Shown piece by piece: positions 13,139 through 21,908 of a DNA stretch of 32,890 nucleotides. Both the position numbers and the translations under genes were made by a program. Where the stretch lies: positions 1 to 32,890 of the forward strand of contig LCJH01000003.1 in NCBI GenBank assembly GCA_000999595.1, read 5' to 3'. Under the pieces are notes generated by a model. That model had not been told where the DNA came from and ran no database searches. It worked only from the letters and a program-made list of their open reading frames with translations. Every line of letters starts with the position of its first letter. Position 1 is the stretch's first letter. This DNA is from Microgenomates group bacterium GW2011_GWA2_44_7. Lineage in GTDB: Bacteria > Patescibacteriota > Microgenomatia > GWA2-44-7.

Positions 13139-14204
13139 TTAATTAGTATTTTGCGTTGGTAAAAGTGGACGATTATTCGGTAACAAAGACCTAACTTGGT
13201 ACGGGAGTTTTTTCCCATAAACTCCTGCAGTCTGGTAAAAGGTAGGGGTGGAGTGTAGAAGATGCAAATTAATTCGTTGGGGAAAGCACAGAAATGGTAC
13301 CCCAAGGTGGAAATGCTGTGTTTGTGGCAGAACCAGGTCCCGGGAGAAATCCAGATTGGCTTATGGTCTTATCAAAAAATACTTAATCGACGGTGACACC
13401 TGTCACCAGCTGGCCGGAACATATCGTGTCCACCCCGATACCGTAAGACGCAAAATATCCAGGGCGTTTAACCAGGCTCCGCCAATTCTGTCGCCTATTA
13501 TTCCTGAGCCATGCTGGCTAATTACTGACGCCACCCACTTTAAACACTGGGGCTGTTTATTTGTCACTAAGGCAACTGGAGTAAAGCACCCTCTGGCAGT
13601 TTCCTTCCACTACAAAGAGTGTTTTGAATCGGCAATTGAACACTTAAAACCACTGGGAAAGCTCGCCGTTACTGGATACACCACCGACGGCAAGAAGGGA
13701 TTGGTTTTAGCCCACAAAATGCTTTTTCCTGAAGCTCGCGGTCAACGGTGTTTAGTTCATATCCAAATGAGAGTGGGGACACTTCTGACTACCAGCCCCA
13801 AGCTCTTGGCCGGTCGGGAATTGGCGGAGTTAGTCAAACGGCTCCCAACGGTTAAAACTACCGTCGGAGCCCAACCTTTGGTGGGAAGCATTTAATATCT
13901 GGCAATACCGTCATCGGGAAACCCTAAATCAAAGAAGCCGATATGGCAAGCACTGGTGGTACACTCATCGGAATTTAAGATATGCCTGGAAACATGTAAT
14001 AAATGCCGCGGATCAACTCTTCGTTTTTATCTCCTATCCAAACTCCGTGTCCCACACTAATCATCTTGAGGGATTGTTTGGGCAACGAAAACCAGCACTT
14101 TACCGACATCGCGGTTTATCAAGAAGAAAGGTGGCCAATGCCCTTATGTGGACGTTTTATTTATTGTCTAAACGTTAAAATTACCAACGCATTTTACGTA
14201 TTAA
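13139..14204 (+). mobile_element. Insertion sequence (IS256/Mutator-like with N-terminal Zn ribbon), ~1.07 kb
   Basis: Imperfect inverted repeats ttaattagtattttgcgttggtaa (13139-13162) and ttaccaacgcattttacgtattaa (14181-14204), 19/24 matches, bracket the transposase. Confidence 0.75.
13248..14178 (+). pseudogene. Transposase with a +1 frameshift near 13870-13872
   Basis: CxxC...RWKCCVC ribbon, HTH, TDAT, TTDGKKGL, FP..QRCLVH; the shifted frame continues NLWWEAF..WWYTHRNLR..TNHLEGLF..HRGL to TAA 14176-14178. Confidence 0.8.
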
Positions 14205-14212
14205 GCCAAAAA

Positions 14213-14722
14213 ATGAATTTTAAAAAAGTATTAATAGGCGCCGCATCGGGCATAGCTATGCTGGGAGCCATGGTCGTTCCGGCACTGGCGGCAGGAGGAT
14301 TTGATGCCAACGGCTACAACCTAACGGCGAGGCTCTTTAACGGCACCCTTCTGCAGTGGTGCACCAAAAAGGGCATCGACCAAGCGGTTTGTCCCTCTTA
14401 CGGATTTGGGTCAAATAACGATCGGATTGTGATGAAATGGAATGCCGAATGGGACAGAGGAAATGCTGAAGGTTGGGCACATCCGCCATATAATGCCTGG
14501 ACAGACAATGAATGGAATGGCAAGGTGTCCGGTGGATCAGGCGTTGTCTGGCATTACAAAATCGTTTGGGTCGGAGATGACCCTAGTTTGGTCCCAGATG
14601 GGGCTTATGGCATATGGGGCCAATTTGCGGTCATTATGGACCAAGGAACTGACCCAAGTAGCGGCCACACCTCGTTTGCACTTGGTAATCCAGCCGGCTA
14701 CGGCGCTTACTTTAGCCATTAA
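14213..14722 (+). CDS. Secreted Trp/Gly-rich hypothetical protein (169 aa)
   Basis: Start moved to ATG 14213: MNFKKVLIGAASGIAMLGAMVVPALA is a typical Sec signal; the upstream part of the listed ORF lies inside the IS. Confidence 0.75.
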   Translation: MNFKKVLIGAASGIAMLGAMVVPALAAGGFDANGYNLTARLFNGTLLQWCTKKGIDQAVCPSYGFGSNNDRIVMKWNAEWDRGNAEGWAHPPYNAWTDNEWNGKVSGGSGVVWHYKIVWVGDDPSLVPDGAYGIWGQFAVIMDQGTDPSSGHTSFALGNPAGYGAYFSH

Positions 14723-14753
14723 GATATTGTTTGGTGAATCTGGTAGTTATCTG

Positions 14754-14783
14754 AACTTGCACCCTTGGTGGGGGCAGGTTTTT
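14754..14783 (+). terminator. Putative intrinsic terminator
   Basis: aacttgc..ccc / ggg..gcaggtt imperfect stem followed by a T run. Confidence 0.5.
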
Positions 14784-14871
14784 GTGGGCTATACTAGATA
14801 AGAGAGCTTCCGCCCTAATCCCTTCAACTTGCACTTGATTTAAGATTGAAATTTAAGTACCGTATCTCTAC

Positions 14872-15339
14872 ATGGACCCGAAGGACGACCCGAAAATAGT
14901 CGACGGCGAAATAGTGGCTGAAAGTTCCGCTTCCCCCTCCAATCAAAAGGCCGTCTCTGAAATGCTTAATCTTGAACAGTTGATTAAAACCACTCTCACT
15001 TCAATTGAAAAACTTAAGGACGAGCTAAAACTGCAAAGAGAGATGTTTGAAGATTCATTTAAAAACGATGAGACGTATATAGAGCACGACAAATTAGCCA
15101 AAGAGGCAGCCAGAATTCGGGCAGCCACCAAAAAACAACTTTTAAAACAACCTTCGGTGATGATTCTGGCGGAGAAGGTCAATGACCTTCGCCAGGGAAT
15201 TAAGGAAAATCAAGCTTTTCTCTCTGACTACCTCCAGCAATGGCAAAAACTTTCCAACGCCTCCGAAATCGAGACCGAAGACGGAAGAACGCTTCGGATT
15301 GTAGTCATTTCAAAGCTGGTCCCGGCCCCGACTGATTAA
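14872..15339 (+). CDS. Hypothetical coiled-coil protein (155 aa)
   Basis: Clean ORF, helical heptad-like composition, no recognised motif. Confidence 0.75.
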   Translation: MDPKDDPKIVDGEIVAESSASPSNQKAVSEMLNLEQLIKTTLTSIEKLKDELKLQREMFEDSFKNDETYIEHDKLAKEAARIRAATKKQLLKQPSVMILAEKVNDLRQGIKENQAFLSDYLQQWQKLSNASEIETEDGRTLRIVVISKLVPAPTD

Positions 15340-15356
15340 AGGGGCTGTATTTCTTC

Positions 15357-18300
15357 TTAAAGATTATTTGGAACGATGGTAACGCTGCTGGCTAGATGGT
15401 TACCGATATACATGCGACCAAGACTGAAGTTCTCCGCCATTCCAAACGGACTGTTAACAAACTGTTGACCGACTACCGCGTAGGTACTTGGGTCGACAAT
15501 CAGTAGTTGATTGTCATGTTCGGCAGCAATATAGATCTTTCCCGTTTGTTGACTAACTCGTATTTCACCACCATCGCCGGTATCACCCAAAACCGTTGAG
15601 GTTTTAAAGGTTACTCCGCTAGGGTCGGCACTCAGTACATAAAGCGTGCTGGGGATATCAAAATCAGAATCAAAAGCAACCATTGTATAGACTTCGTTAG
15701 TGGTAGGGTTTGCCTGGATGTAAAACGGTACACCACCGGTTGAGAAAGTTTGGATCAGTTGTCCGGGATTTGAGCTGATATCGAATATTTTGATGTTTTT
15801 ACCATCCCTGTTAGAAACGTAAAGCTGGTTCAGGTTGGGGTTGACAGCGACACCGAATGAGCCGGAATCTGTACTGAGACAGCCGACCAGGGTGTTGCTA
15901 ACAGCATCGATAACGGCAACTCGGCCGGGACCATAAAGGGCCACATAGACTCTTTTTGTGGCGTTATTCGCAACCATATTAGTCGGAGAACCTGCACATT
16001 GTATCGGCGATAACGGATCATCTAGCTTAATATCTTTTACTTTTAGCATTAACCGTGCGTCGATTACGGAAACAGTAGTGCCGCCGCTATTACCGACAAA
16101 GACTCTGTCGTTAACATAAACCACACCCCACGGCCGTAAACCAACTTTTATTGTTCTTATCGTCAGTTTTTGAATCTCATCCCAGATATCGACTCGACCT
16201 AGGTCAGCCGAAGCCACATACAGTCGGTTACGAAGAGTGTCTACCGCCATACCCTTAGGACGTACAACAGTAAATGGGGTGGGAGTAGGGGTCACGGTTG
16301 GCGTTGGTGTCGGAGTTACAGTAGGAGTTACCGTCGGTGTTGGTGTGGGTGTCAAGGTCGGGGTAGGCGTCACCGTTGGAGTCGGCGTCGGGGTAATAGT
16401 AGGCGTGGGAGTTGGTGTAGAGGAAGAACAGATAGCTAAATCCCTCCAATTACCACCGGGGTAATAGCCTGAGGACATTCCTGCTTTAAAACCAACTGAA
16501 ACAGAGGTACTGCTTCCTGTATCGATGGTTCGACTATATGTCTGCCAGACACCGCCGTTACCATTAGGATAAGAGCCGAATCCGTCGAATTTATTTACAT
16601 ATACCCAATTGAAGGGGCTGCTATCAAAGTCGAAGGCAGAATACGCCCCGAGTCTATAGGCAACTTCAGTCCAGTAATTCAGCCCCGGATCGCCCTTCAT
16701 GGAAACGGTGATACTGTAGGTACTTCCGGGAGAAATGCTGTAAGTTTTAACTCTCGCCGAAGAACCGGAACTATTCAAGTAGGCGTATAAGAAGCTTGGT
16801 GTACTCCAACTTGCAGGTGAACCCCATGGAGCATCCCAGGCACTATTCCAACTTGGCATAGAGCTCAGTGAATCATAAACCACACAATTCGGAGGCGGTG
16901 TCGGGGTGGGAGTAACCGTCGGCGTAGGTGTAGGGGTCACAGTCGGAGTTGGAGTAGGCGTGGGAGTAACGGTTGGTGTAGGGGTTGGTGTCGGAGTAGG
17001 TGTTTCCGTTGGGGTAGGAGTTGGAGTCTCGGTCGGTGTTGGAGTAGGTGTTTCAGTTGGAGTCGGCGTAGGTGTAACCGTGGGTGTCGGAGTTGGCGTC
17101 TCAGTGGGTGTAGGCGTAGGAGTCACCGTAGGTGTAGGCGTAGGTGTTTCCGTTGGGGTAGGAGTTGGAGTCTCGGTCGGTGTTGGAGTAGGAGTCACCG
17201 TAGGCGTAGGTGTAGGAGTTTCAGTTGGAGTCGGTGTAGGAGTCGGTGTAGGAGTTTCTGTAGGTGTAGGTGTGGGGGTCGGAGTAGGTGTAGGTGTAAT
17301 TGTGGGTGTAGGCGTGGGGGTAACGGTAGGTGTGGGAGTAGGCGTAATTGTCGGTGTTGGCGTCGGAGTTGGAGTCTCAGTCGGAGTAGGTGTAGGGGTA
17401 ATTGTTGGCGTGGGAGTAGGTGTCACCGTGGGCGTAGGGGTCGGGGTCACAGTCGGCGTGGGCGTTGGAGTTTCCGTCGGTGTGGGCGTCGGTGTCACAG
17501 TGGGTGTTGGTGTCGGTGTTTCTGTTGGTGTAGGGGTAGGAGTAACCGTCGGTGTTGGGGTGGGGGTTGGCGTCGGAGTTGGAGTTGGAGTCTCAGTGGG
17601 AGTAGGCGTAGGAGTAATTGTTGGAGTCGGTGTAATAGTAGGTGTTGGTGTTGGGGTTACCGTGGGGGTAGGCGTCGGGGTCGGAGTAGGTGTAGGTGTA
17701 ATTGTGGGTGTAGGCGTGGGAGTAGGAGTCTCTGTGGGCGTAGGGGTTGGGGTAGGTGTCGGAGTTGGGGTGGGTGTTTCCGTAGGAGTTGGTGTAGGCG
17801 TAACAATTGGGGTAGGAGTTGGAGTAACCGTCGGGGTTGGAGTCTCTGTGGGCGTGGGCGTTGGTGTAGGGGTTTCTGTTGGTGTAGGTGTGGGAGTTTC
17901 CGTTGGTGTGGACGTAGGGGTCGGTGTAGGAGTAATTGTCGGCGTCGGCGTTGGTGTTTCCGTAGGTGCAGGAGTAGGTGTTACCGTCGGAGTCGGTGTC
18001 GGTATCTCTGTCGGAGTCGGTGTCGGGGTGGGATCTACATCGTAACAGAAAGAAGCATGGCTAAGACCGGCATTCCCCGGGGCTTGCAGATTGTTGTCCC
18101 CGAATGCCTCAGCGTACTGGTAGATATTAGCGCTTGGTCCACCCTTGACGATAACGGCATCAACCCCGAAAGTTGAGAGCCAATCAAAAGACTTGTCCCC
18201 TTCATCGGCCGAGACATCACTCAGAGTCAGGTATTGAGTTGAACCATCGGCTAATAAGACGTCGTAAGTGCCATTGGCGACAGGATCCACCCGATACGCT

Positions 18301-18575
18301 TCTAAAAGATCCGGTCGGATATCACTACAGGATGGGTTACCGGGAGTGGGAGACGGGGTGACGGTAGGGGTTGGAGTAGCAGTCACGGTCGGAGTGGGTG
18401 TCGGTGTTTCCGTAGGTGTTGGTTTACTTGCCAACGCAAGGGATAGCTCAGGCGCAGGAGCTGGGGAAGGAATCGGTTCCTCTGTCCACGCAAACCCAGA
18501 TGGGCTCAGGGAAGATAGGGCGAGGGAGATTGTAAGTACTAGCGAGCGCAAACCAACGACCGCTTTTTCAAGCAC
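15357..18575 (-). CDS. Large exported Pro-Thr stalk protein with two small globular domains and a C-terminal YVTN/YncE-like beta-propeller
   Basis: Signal-like N-terminus from GTG 18575 (ORF open to 18611); (PT)n linkers; propeller repeats [26 protein letters not shown]. Confidence 0.8.
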   Translation of the reverse strand: MLEKAVVGLRSLVLTISLALSSLSPSGFAWTEEPIPSPAPAPELSLALASKPTPTETPTPTPTVTATPTPTVTPSPTPGNPSCSDIRPDLLEAYRVDPVANGTYDVLLADGSTQYLTLSDVSADEGDKSFDWLSTFGVDAVIVKGGPSANIYQYAEAFGDNNLQAPGNAGLSHASFCYDVDPTPTPTPTEIPTPTPTVTPTPAPTETPTPTPTITPTPTPTSTPTETPTPTPTETPTPTPTPTETPTPTVTPTPTPIVTPTPTPTETPTPTPTPTPTPTPTETPTPTPTPTITPTPTPTPTPTPTVTPTPTPTITPTPTITPTPTPTETPTPTPTPTPTPTPTVTPTPTPTETPTPTPTVTPTPTPTETPTPTPTVTPTPTPTVTPTPTPTITPTPTPTETPTPTPTPTITPTPTPTVTPTPTPTITPTPTPTPTPTPTETPTPTPTPTPTETPTPTPTVTPTPTPTETPTPTPTETPTPTPTVTPTPTPTETPTPTPTVTPTPTPTETPTPTPTETPTPTPTETPTPTPTPTPTVTPTPTPTPTVTPTPTPTVTPTPTPPPNCVVYDSLSSMPSWNSAWDAPWGSPASWSTPSFLYAYLNSSGSSARVKTYSISPGSTYSITVSMKGDPGLNYWTEVAYRLGAYSAFDFDSSPFNWVYVNKFDGFGSYPNGNGGVWQTYSRTIDTGSSTSVSVGFKAGMSSGYYPGGNWRDLAICSSSTPTPTPTITPTPTPTVTPTPTLTPTPTPTVTPTVTPTPTPTVTPTPTPFTVVRPKGMAVDTLRNRLYVASADLGRVDIWDEIQKLTIRTIKVGLRPWGVVYVNDRVFVGNSGGTTVSVIDARLMLKVKDIKLDDPLSPIQCAGSPTNMVANNATKRVYVALYGPGRVAVIDAVSNTLVGCLSTDSGSFGVAVNPNLNQLYVSNRDGKNIKIFDISSNPGQLIQTFSTGGVPFYIQANPTTNEVYTMVAFDSDFDIPSTLYVLSADPSGVTFKTSTVLGDTGDGGEIRVSQQTGKIYIAAEHDNQLLIVDPSTYAVVGQQFVNSPFGMAENFSLGRMYIGNHLASSVTIVPNNL
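16890..18032 (-). repeat. ~380-codon Pro-Thr low-complexity linker
   Basis: TPTPTP with interspersed E/V/I; exact 53-bp duplication at 16996-17048 and 17140-17192. Confidence 0.95.
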
Positions 18576-18752
18576 GTGAGTTATTCTACACCGAAGTACT
18601 GGGAAAAACAAAGAGTTTCATAAATAGAAACCTTAAGGGGCTAGTGGAGGATAAACCCTTAATCCCTTGATATGCTTCGATACACTATCGGAAAATTTAG
18701 GTCTTGCGGAAAAATGTAAGCTAAGCAATAGGGGAGTGGTTATGACTACTTG

Positions 18753-18782
18753 TTGACACAAAAGTTTAAAACGATTTATTAT
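18753..18782 (+). promoter_or_regulatory. Promoter for leaderless leader peptide 1
   Basis: TTGACA-18 nt-TATTAT, 7 nt before ATG 18790. Confidence 0.65.
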
Positions 18783-18789
18783 ACTTTTA

Positions 18790-18870
18790 ATGAATTCGGT
18801 GATTTTCCTTATTAGCCTTATTGCCCTCCTTGTCGGAGGCGAGGCTGATTTGGGAGAATCCTTTTTATAA
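18790..18870 (+). CDS. Putative attenuator leader peptide 1, MNSVIFLISLIALLVGGEADLGESFL (Ile/Leu/Val-rich)
   Basis: 26-codon ORF at the predicted transcription start; folds into a long hairpin; followed by a terminator. Confidence 0.6.
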   Translation: MNSVIFLISLIALLVGGEADLGESFL

Positions 18871-18891
18871 TATAAAAAAATAATAGCAGAG

Positions 18892-18917
18892 GACCTCCCA
18901 GAGATGGGAGGTTTTTT
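18892..18917 (+). terminator. Attenuator terminator 1
   Basis: gacctccca GAGA tgggaggtt followed by a T run. Confidence 0.75.
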
Positions 18918-18928
18918 AATGGATATAT

Positions 18929-19180
18929 ATGCAAGAAAACGGAAATCGTGAGGAAAAATATCCAACGACTCTTGATGGAGTCGAATTAAATTCTCTGTGG
19001 CAGGTAATTCAGTATCTACGTAGGCTGGAATATTTCAAGTTCCTTTCAACCGATGCCTTAGGAAAAATAGCGATCGGTTGGGTAGCAGACCCCGAACGAC
19101 GGCTTGACGGGGACGACGGAAGCGACCAAAGGAAAAAGGCGATGGCTTTACGAAGAGACAGTGGTGATGTATGCGGATAA
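18929..19180 (+). CDS. Hypothetical protein (83 aa)
   Basis: ORF directly after terminator 1; no motif recognised. Confidence 0.45.
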   Translation: MQENGNREEKYPTTLDGVELNSLWQVIQYLRRLEYFKFLSTDALGKIAIGWVADPERRLDGDDGSDQRKKAMALRRDSGDVCG

Positions 19181-19300
19181 TTTGTCCTAATTAAACAAAA
19201 TAATTGAACTAAGAAGGATGTGGAACAACGATCACAGTTACCAGACGAGGTGGCGGCGAGTGGGAATATTTTATCGTCCTTGGTAAGATAACAAAAGAAA

Positions 19301-20416
19301 ATGAAAACCCAACAATCTCAACCGAAAGAAAATGAAATGGACAGTAATATACTATCAGTCGCTAAAACACTTTTATGTTTTAGGACTGTAGCTGGGGCTA
19401 CAGATGAGTTTGAAGGGGCTTTTTCATATATAGAAAGGTGGGCTGCCACTCACGATTTCGACATCGAGCCGTTTACTTGCAATGGTATCCGATCTTGCCT
19501 TTTAAGCGGTTCCTCTAAAAAACTATTTGCTCCAGATATCATTCTGCATGGACATGTCGATGTTGTTCCGGCACATGATGAAATGTTTCAGCCAATGATT
19601 CTGGGAAATAAATTATATGGACGAGGAGCGGTCGACATGAAAGGAGCAATAGGAGCAATGATGGTTGCGCTTGAAAAGTTAAAACATACTAAACCTAAAA
19701 ATAAGATCGCACTATTAATAACAGGAGATGAAGAAACCGGAGGCCACAGTGGAACGGAATATATCTTAAAAACAATCAACCTGCGGCCAAAGTTGGTTAT
19801 AAGCGGAGAGCCGACAGAATTTAATATTTGCTATGCGACAAAAGGTATTATCGAAACAAAAGTTCACTTTTTAGGTAAATCCGCTCACGGAGCTCGTCCT
19901 TGGGAAGGGGTAAACGCCGTTGAGAAAGCCTCCGATTTTATTCAGAAACTTGTATCAAGATATCCTAATCCCATAGCGGCATCTTGGAAAACAACTATCA
20001 ATATCGGGATGATTTCCGGCGGTGATGCTTTTAATAAGGTACCCGGAGACTGTTATGTTGCACTAGATATAAGGTATGTGCCAGAAGAATCATCGGTCAA
20101 ACTTGTAAAAAACCTAAAAGCCCTCGGGGGAGATCGATGGGAGATGGTAAACAACGAAATTCCCCTAAATAGCGATCCGACCTCTAAGCCGATAAAATCC
20201 TTACAAGCCTTAGTCGGTAATCTGACAGGAAAGAAACCAATTCTTTATAAAGAACACTATGCTGCTGATTCCCGCTATTTTTCTAAAATTGGCATTCCGG
20301 CTGTTAACTTTGGGCCGAGCGGCGGCGGGATGCATACCGACGCGGAATGGGTTAGTTTAAAATCTCTTCAAGAATATTGCGATGTATTGGTTAAATTGGG
20401 CGACATTCATCTTTAA
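19301..20416 (+). CDS. M20 family metallo-amidohydrolase (ArgE/DapE-like)
   Basis: HGHVDVVP, GRGAVDMKG, GDEETGG, GEPT, GKSAHG, MHTDAE. Confidence 0.9.
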   Translation: MKTQQSQPKENEMDSNILSVAKTLLCFRTVAGATDEFEGAFSYIERWAATHDFDIEPFTCNGIRSCLLSGSSKKLFAPDIILHGHVDVVPAHDEMFQPMILGNKLYGRGAVDMKGAIGAMMVALEKLKHTKPKNKIALLITGDEETGGHSGTEYILKTINLRPKLVISGEPTEFNICYATKGIIETKVHFLGKSAHGARPWEGVNAVEKASDFIQKLVSRYPNPIAASWKTTINIGMISGGDAFNKVPGDCYVALDIRYVPEESSVKLVKNLKALGGDRWEMVNNEIPLNSDPTSKPIKSLQALVGNLTGKKPILYKEHYAADSRYFSKIGIPAVNFGPSGGGMHTDAEWVSLKSLQEYCDVLVKLGDIHL

Positions 20417-20424
20417 GCGGAGCC

Positions 20425-20454
20425 TTGACAAAGATCACCCGTGACCAATAGAAT
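20425..20454 (+). promoter_or_regulatory. Promoter for leaderless leader peptide 2
   Basis: TTGACA-18 nt-TAGAAT, 7 nt before ATG 20462. Confidence 0.7.
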
Positions 20455-20461
20455 AATCACA

Positions 20462-20542
20462 ATGAATTCCTGGTTCCTCTACATTACCCGCTTTATCCTC
20501 CCGATTATGGGTAGGAAAGCTGGTTTGGGAGGAGCGATATAA
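20462..20542 (+). CDS. Putative attenuator leader peptide 2, MNSWFLYITRFILPIMGRKAGLGGAI (aromatic-rich N-half)
   Basis: 26-codon ORF at the predicted transcription start; 20519-20530 pairs with 20565-20576 (antiterminator). Confidence 0.6.
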   Translation: MNSWFLYITRFILPIMGRKAGLGGAI

Positions 20543-20573
20543 AATAAACTAGAAAAAGAAAAAATCCTAAACC

Positions 20574-20604
20574 AGCCAACCCAAAAGGGTTGGTTTTTGT
20601 TTTT
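20574..20604 (+). terminator. Attenuator terminator 2
   Basis: agccaaccc AAAA gggttggtt followed by tttgtttt. Confidence 0.8.
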
Positions 20605-20617
20605 ATAAAGGATTTTT

Positions 20618-20710
20618 TCCGGATGGCTGGCGCTCAGTGATATCACCTAACAGCGTGTGGGAGCGGTGATATCAGCTGCCACAAAGCAGTATGGGCACCA
20701 GTCATCTGGA
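20618..20710 (+). ncRNA. Candidate structured RNA (three-way junction), family not recognised
   Basis: P1 20618-20636/20692-20710 (19 bp, three G-U, one mismatch), P2 20638-20647/20665-20674, P3 20675-20679/20686-20690. Confidence 0.5.
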
Positions 20711-20768
20711 CCTTCTCACCTCCCCCTCAACGGCGAGGGGGAAATTTACTAAGAAAGGAGGTGAGAAA

Positions 20769-20876
20769 ATGGCCAGAAAGCTTTGGGCCCTTCGGGGCCC
20801 AAACGACCCGGATGACACCGGGTCGGACAGCGACCCTGACGGGTCGGGTTCCCGCGACGGGAACCCACCCGATTAG
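20769..20876 (+). CDS. 35-aa Asp/Gly/Pro/Ser-rich peptide MARKLWALRGPNDPDDTGSDSDPDGSGSRDGNPPD
   Basis: Extended SD AAAGGAGGTGA just upstream of the ATG; followed by a 14-bp hairpin. Confidence 0.6.
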   Translation: MARKLWALRGPNDPDDTGSDSDPDGSGSRDGNPPD

Positions 20877-20882
20877 GGTTGC

Positions 20883-20915
20883 ACGCAAGGGTTGGCAACC
20901 CGTCGACCCTTGCGT
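20883..20915 (+). terminator. Strong hairpin after the peptide gene (partial terminator or 3' stabiliser)
   Basis: acgcaagggttggc aaccc gtcgacccttgcgt, 14 bp with two G-U pairs, weak T tail. Confidence 0.55.
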
Positions 20916-20930
20916 AAATTTTAAAAAAGT

Positions 20931-21908
20931 ATGTCTCATCAACTCGTTAAATCACTTATCCAACCAAGGGGGATAGAGACAACCCCAAAGTTAAGGCGGC
21001 TACATCCAGTTGAAGCTTCTTTAAGGCTGCTTCTCCGTTCAAATAACCTGCTTTGCTGTGTCAGCCAAGAAACAAAAGATCAAATCAGAAAAACGATCAG
21101 AAATTGCTTTGTCTTTCAACAACCATTGACCGTAAATATTACGTTCGGGAGTTACAAAGGGAAAAATGTGCCTTCAAGAATCTACGCCAATTGGGCTGAG
21201 ATTCTAAATGTTAAATTCATGCTTGATACATTAATCAAGATTGCGGAAATATATCCCTTCGGTGTCGTTTTAGAATATGTCCTCCAAGATATTCTTTTAA
21301 CAGAACTTAACGATATAAGCTCCGACGACGTCAGTCGGTATATTGAATCATTCCAAGAAATTGTTAGTCTTTTTCAGCCGTCTTTAAGCAACATCGTTAC
21401 AATTAAAACAATTCGGTATGGAGATATCGTTGATCATCACGAATTTAAAAATAATATAAGCAAAGAAATTGAAAAGATAAAAACCGAATGGAAACTCTCC
21501 GAAAATCAAGAACTAGCCAAGGCCGCCATTGAGAGGGCGAAACGAAACCTGCAAAAAGTAAACCCTTCTGACGGTGAGATTATCGAATCAGCCATGTTCC
21601 ACACAGCATATGTCCGGACCTGCTTCACATTGGATTATTTCGAAACTAAAGAGAGAATTTTTTTGGTTCACCGAAAAACAATTTCTGGAAACAAACCGTT
21701 TATTCCTTATCGAAGTTTTCATTCGTCAGCGGTGCAATTCTGGGTAGGCGAAGGCGCCCTGGTCAAAAACGGTGTTCTCAAGCCAACAATTCTCAGTGGA
21801 AAACAACTTGGGGAGCATAACCCTTTATATTCGATAGAAAATGACGCCTTTGAAACAAGAAACCCCAACCTAAAATCTATCGCCGTCTATGAAAAAACTT
21901 CGAGTTGA
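20931..21908 (+). CDS. Uncharacterised enzyme with remote resemblance to PvcA/DIT1 isonitrile synthases
   Basis: QPLTVNITFGSYK...NWAE...IAEIYPFGVVLEYVLQD...DDVSRY parallels the PvcA pattern P....PAFP.K...PD..E...I...Y.PG....i.SD...V..Y; by eye only. Confidence 0.4.
   Translation: MSHQLVKSLIQPRGIETTPKLRRLHPVEASLRLLLRSNNLLCCVSQETKDQIRKTIRNCFVFQQPLTVNITFGSYKGKNVPSRIYANWAEILNVKFMLDTLIKIAEIYPFGVVLEYVLQDILLTELNDISSDDVSRYIESFQEIVSLFQPSLSNIVTIKTIRYGDIVDHHEFKNNISKEIEKIKTEWKLSENQELAKAAIERAKRNLQKVNPSDGEIIESAMFHTAYVRTCFTLDYFETKERIFLVHRKTISGNKPFIPYRSFHSSAVQFWVGEGALVKNGVLKPTILSGKQLGEHNPLYSIENDAFETRNPNLKSIAVYEKTSS

Noticed and set aside
14003-14212. N-terminal 70 aa of the listed 239-aa ORF
   Set aside because: Lies within the IS in another frame; the signal peptide begins at 14213
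16906-18045. 379-aa (Gly-Val)n ORF on + strand, also 16237-16464 and 18268-18579
   Set aside because: Antisense shadow of Pro/Thr codons, which cannot produce stops in that frame
18633-18965. 110-aa minus-strand ORF
   Set aside because: Antisense to promoter, leader 1 and terminator; no protein-like features
19218-19286. Tiny Trp-rich ORF MWNNDHSYQTRWRRVGIFYRPW before the M20 gene
   Set aside because: No promoter, properly spaced SD or terminator; may be a decayed tail of the upstream ORF
20638-20674. Twister ribozyme (ccUAACa...GGAG resemblance)
   Set aside because: No room for P2/P4 and no conserved L4 loop
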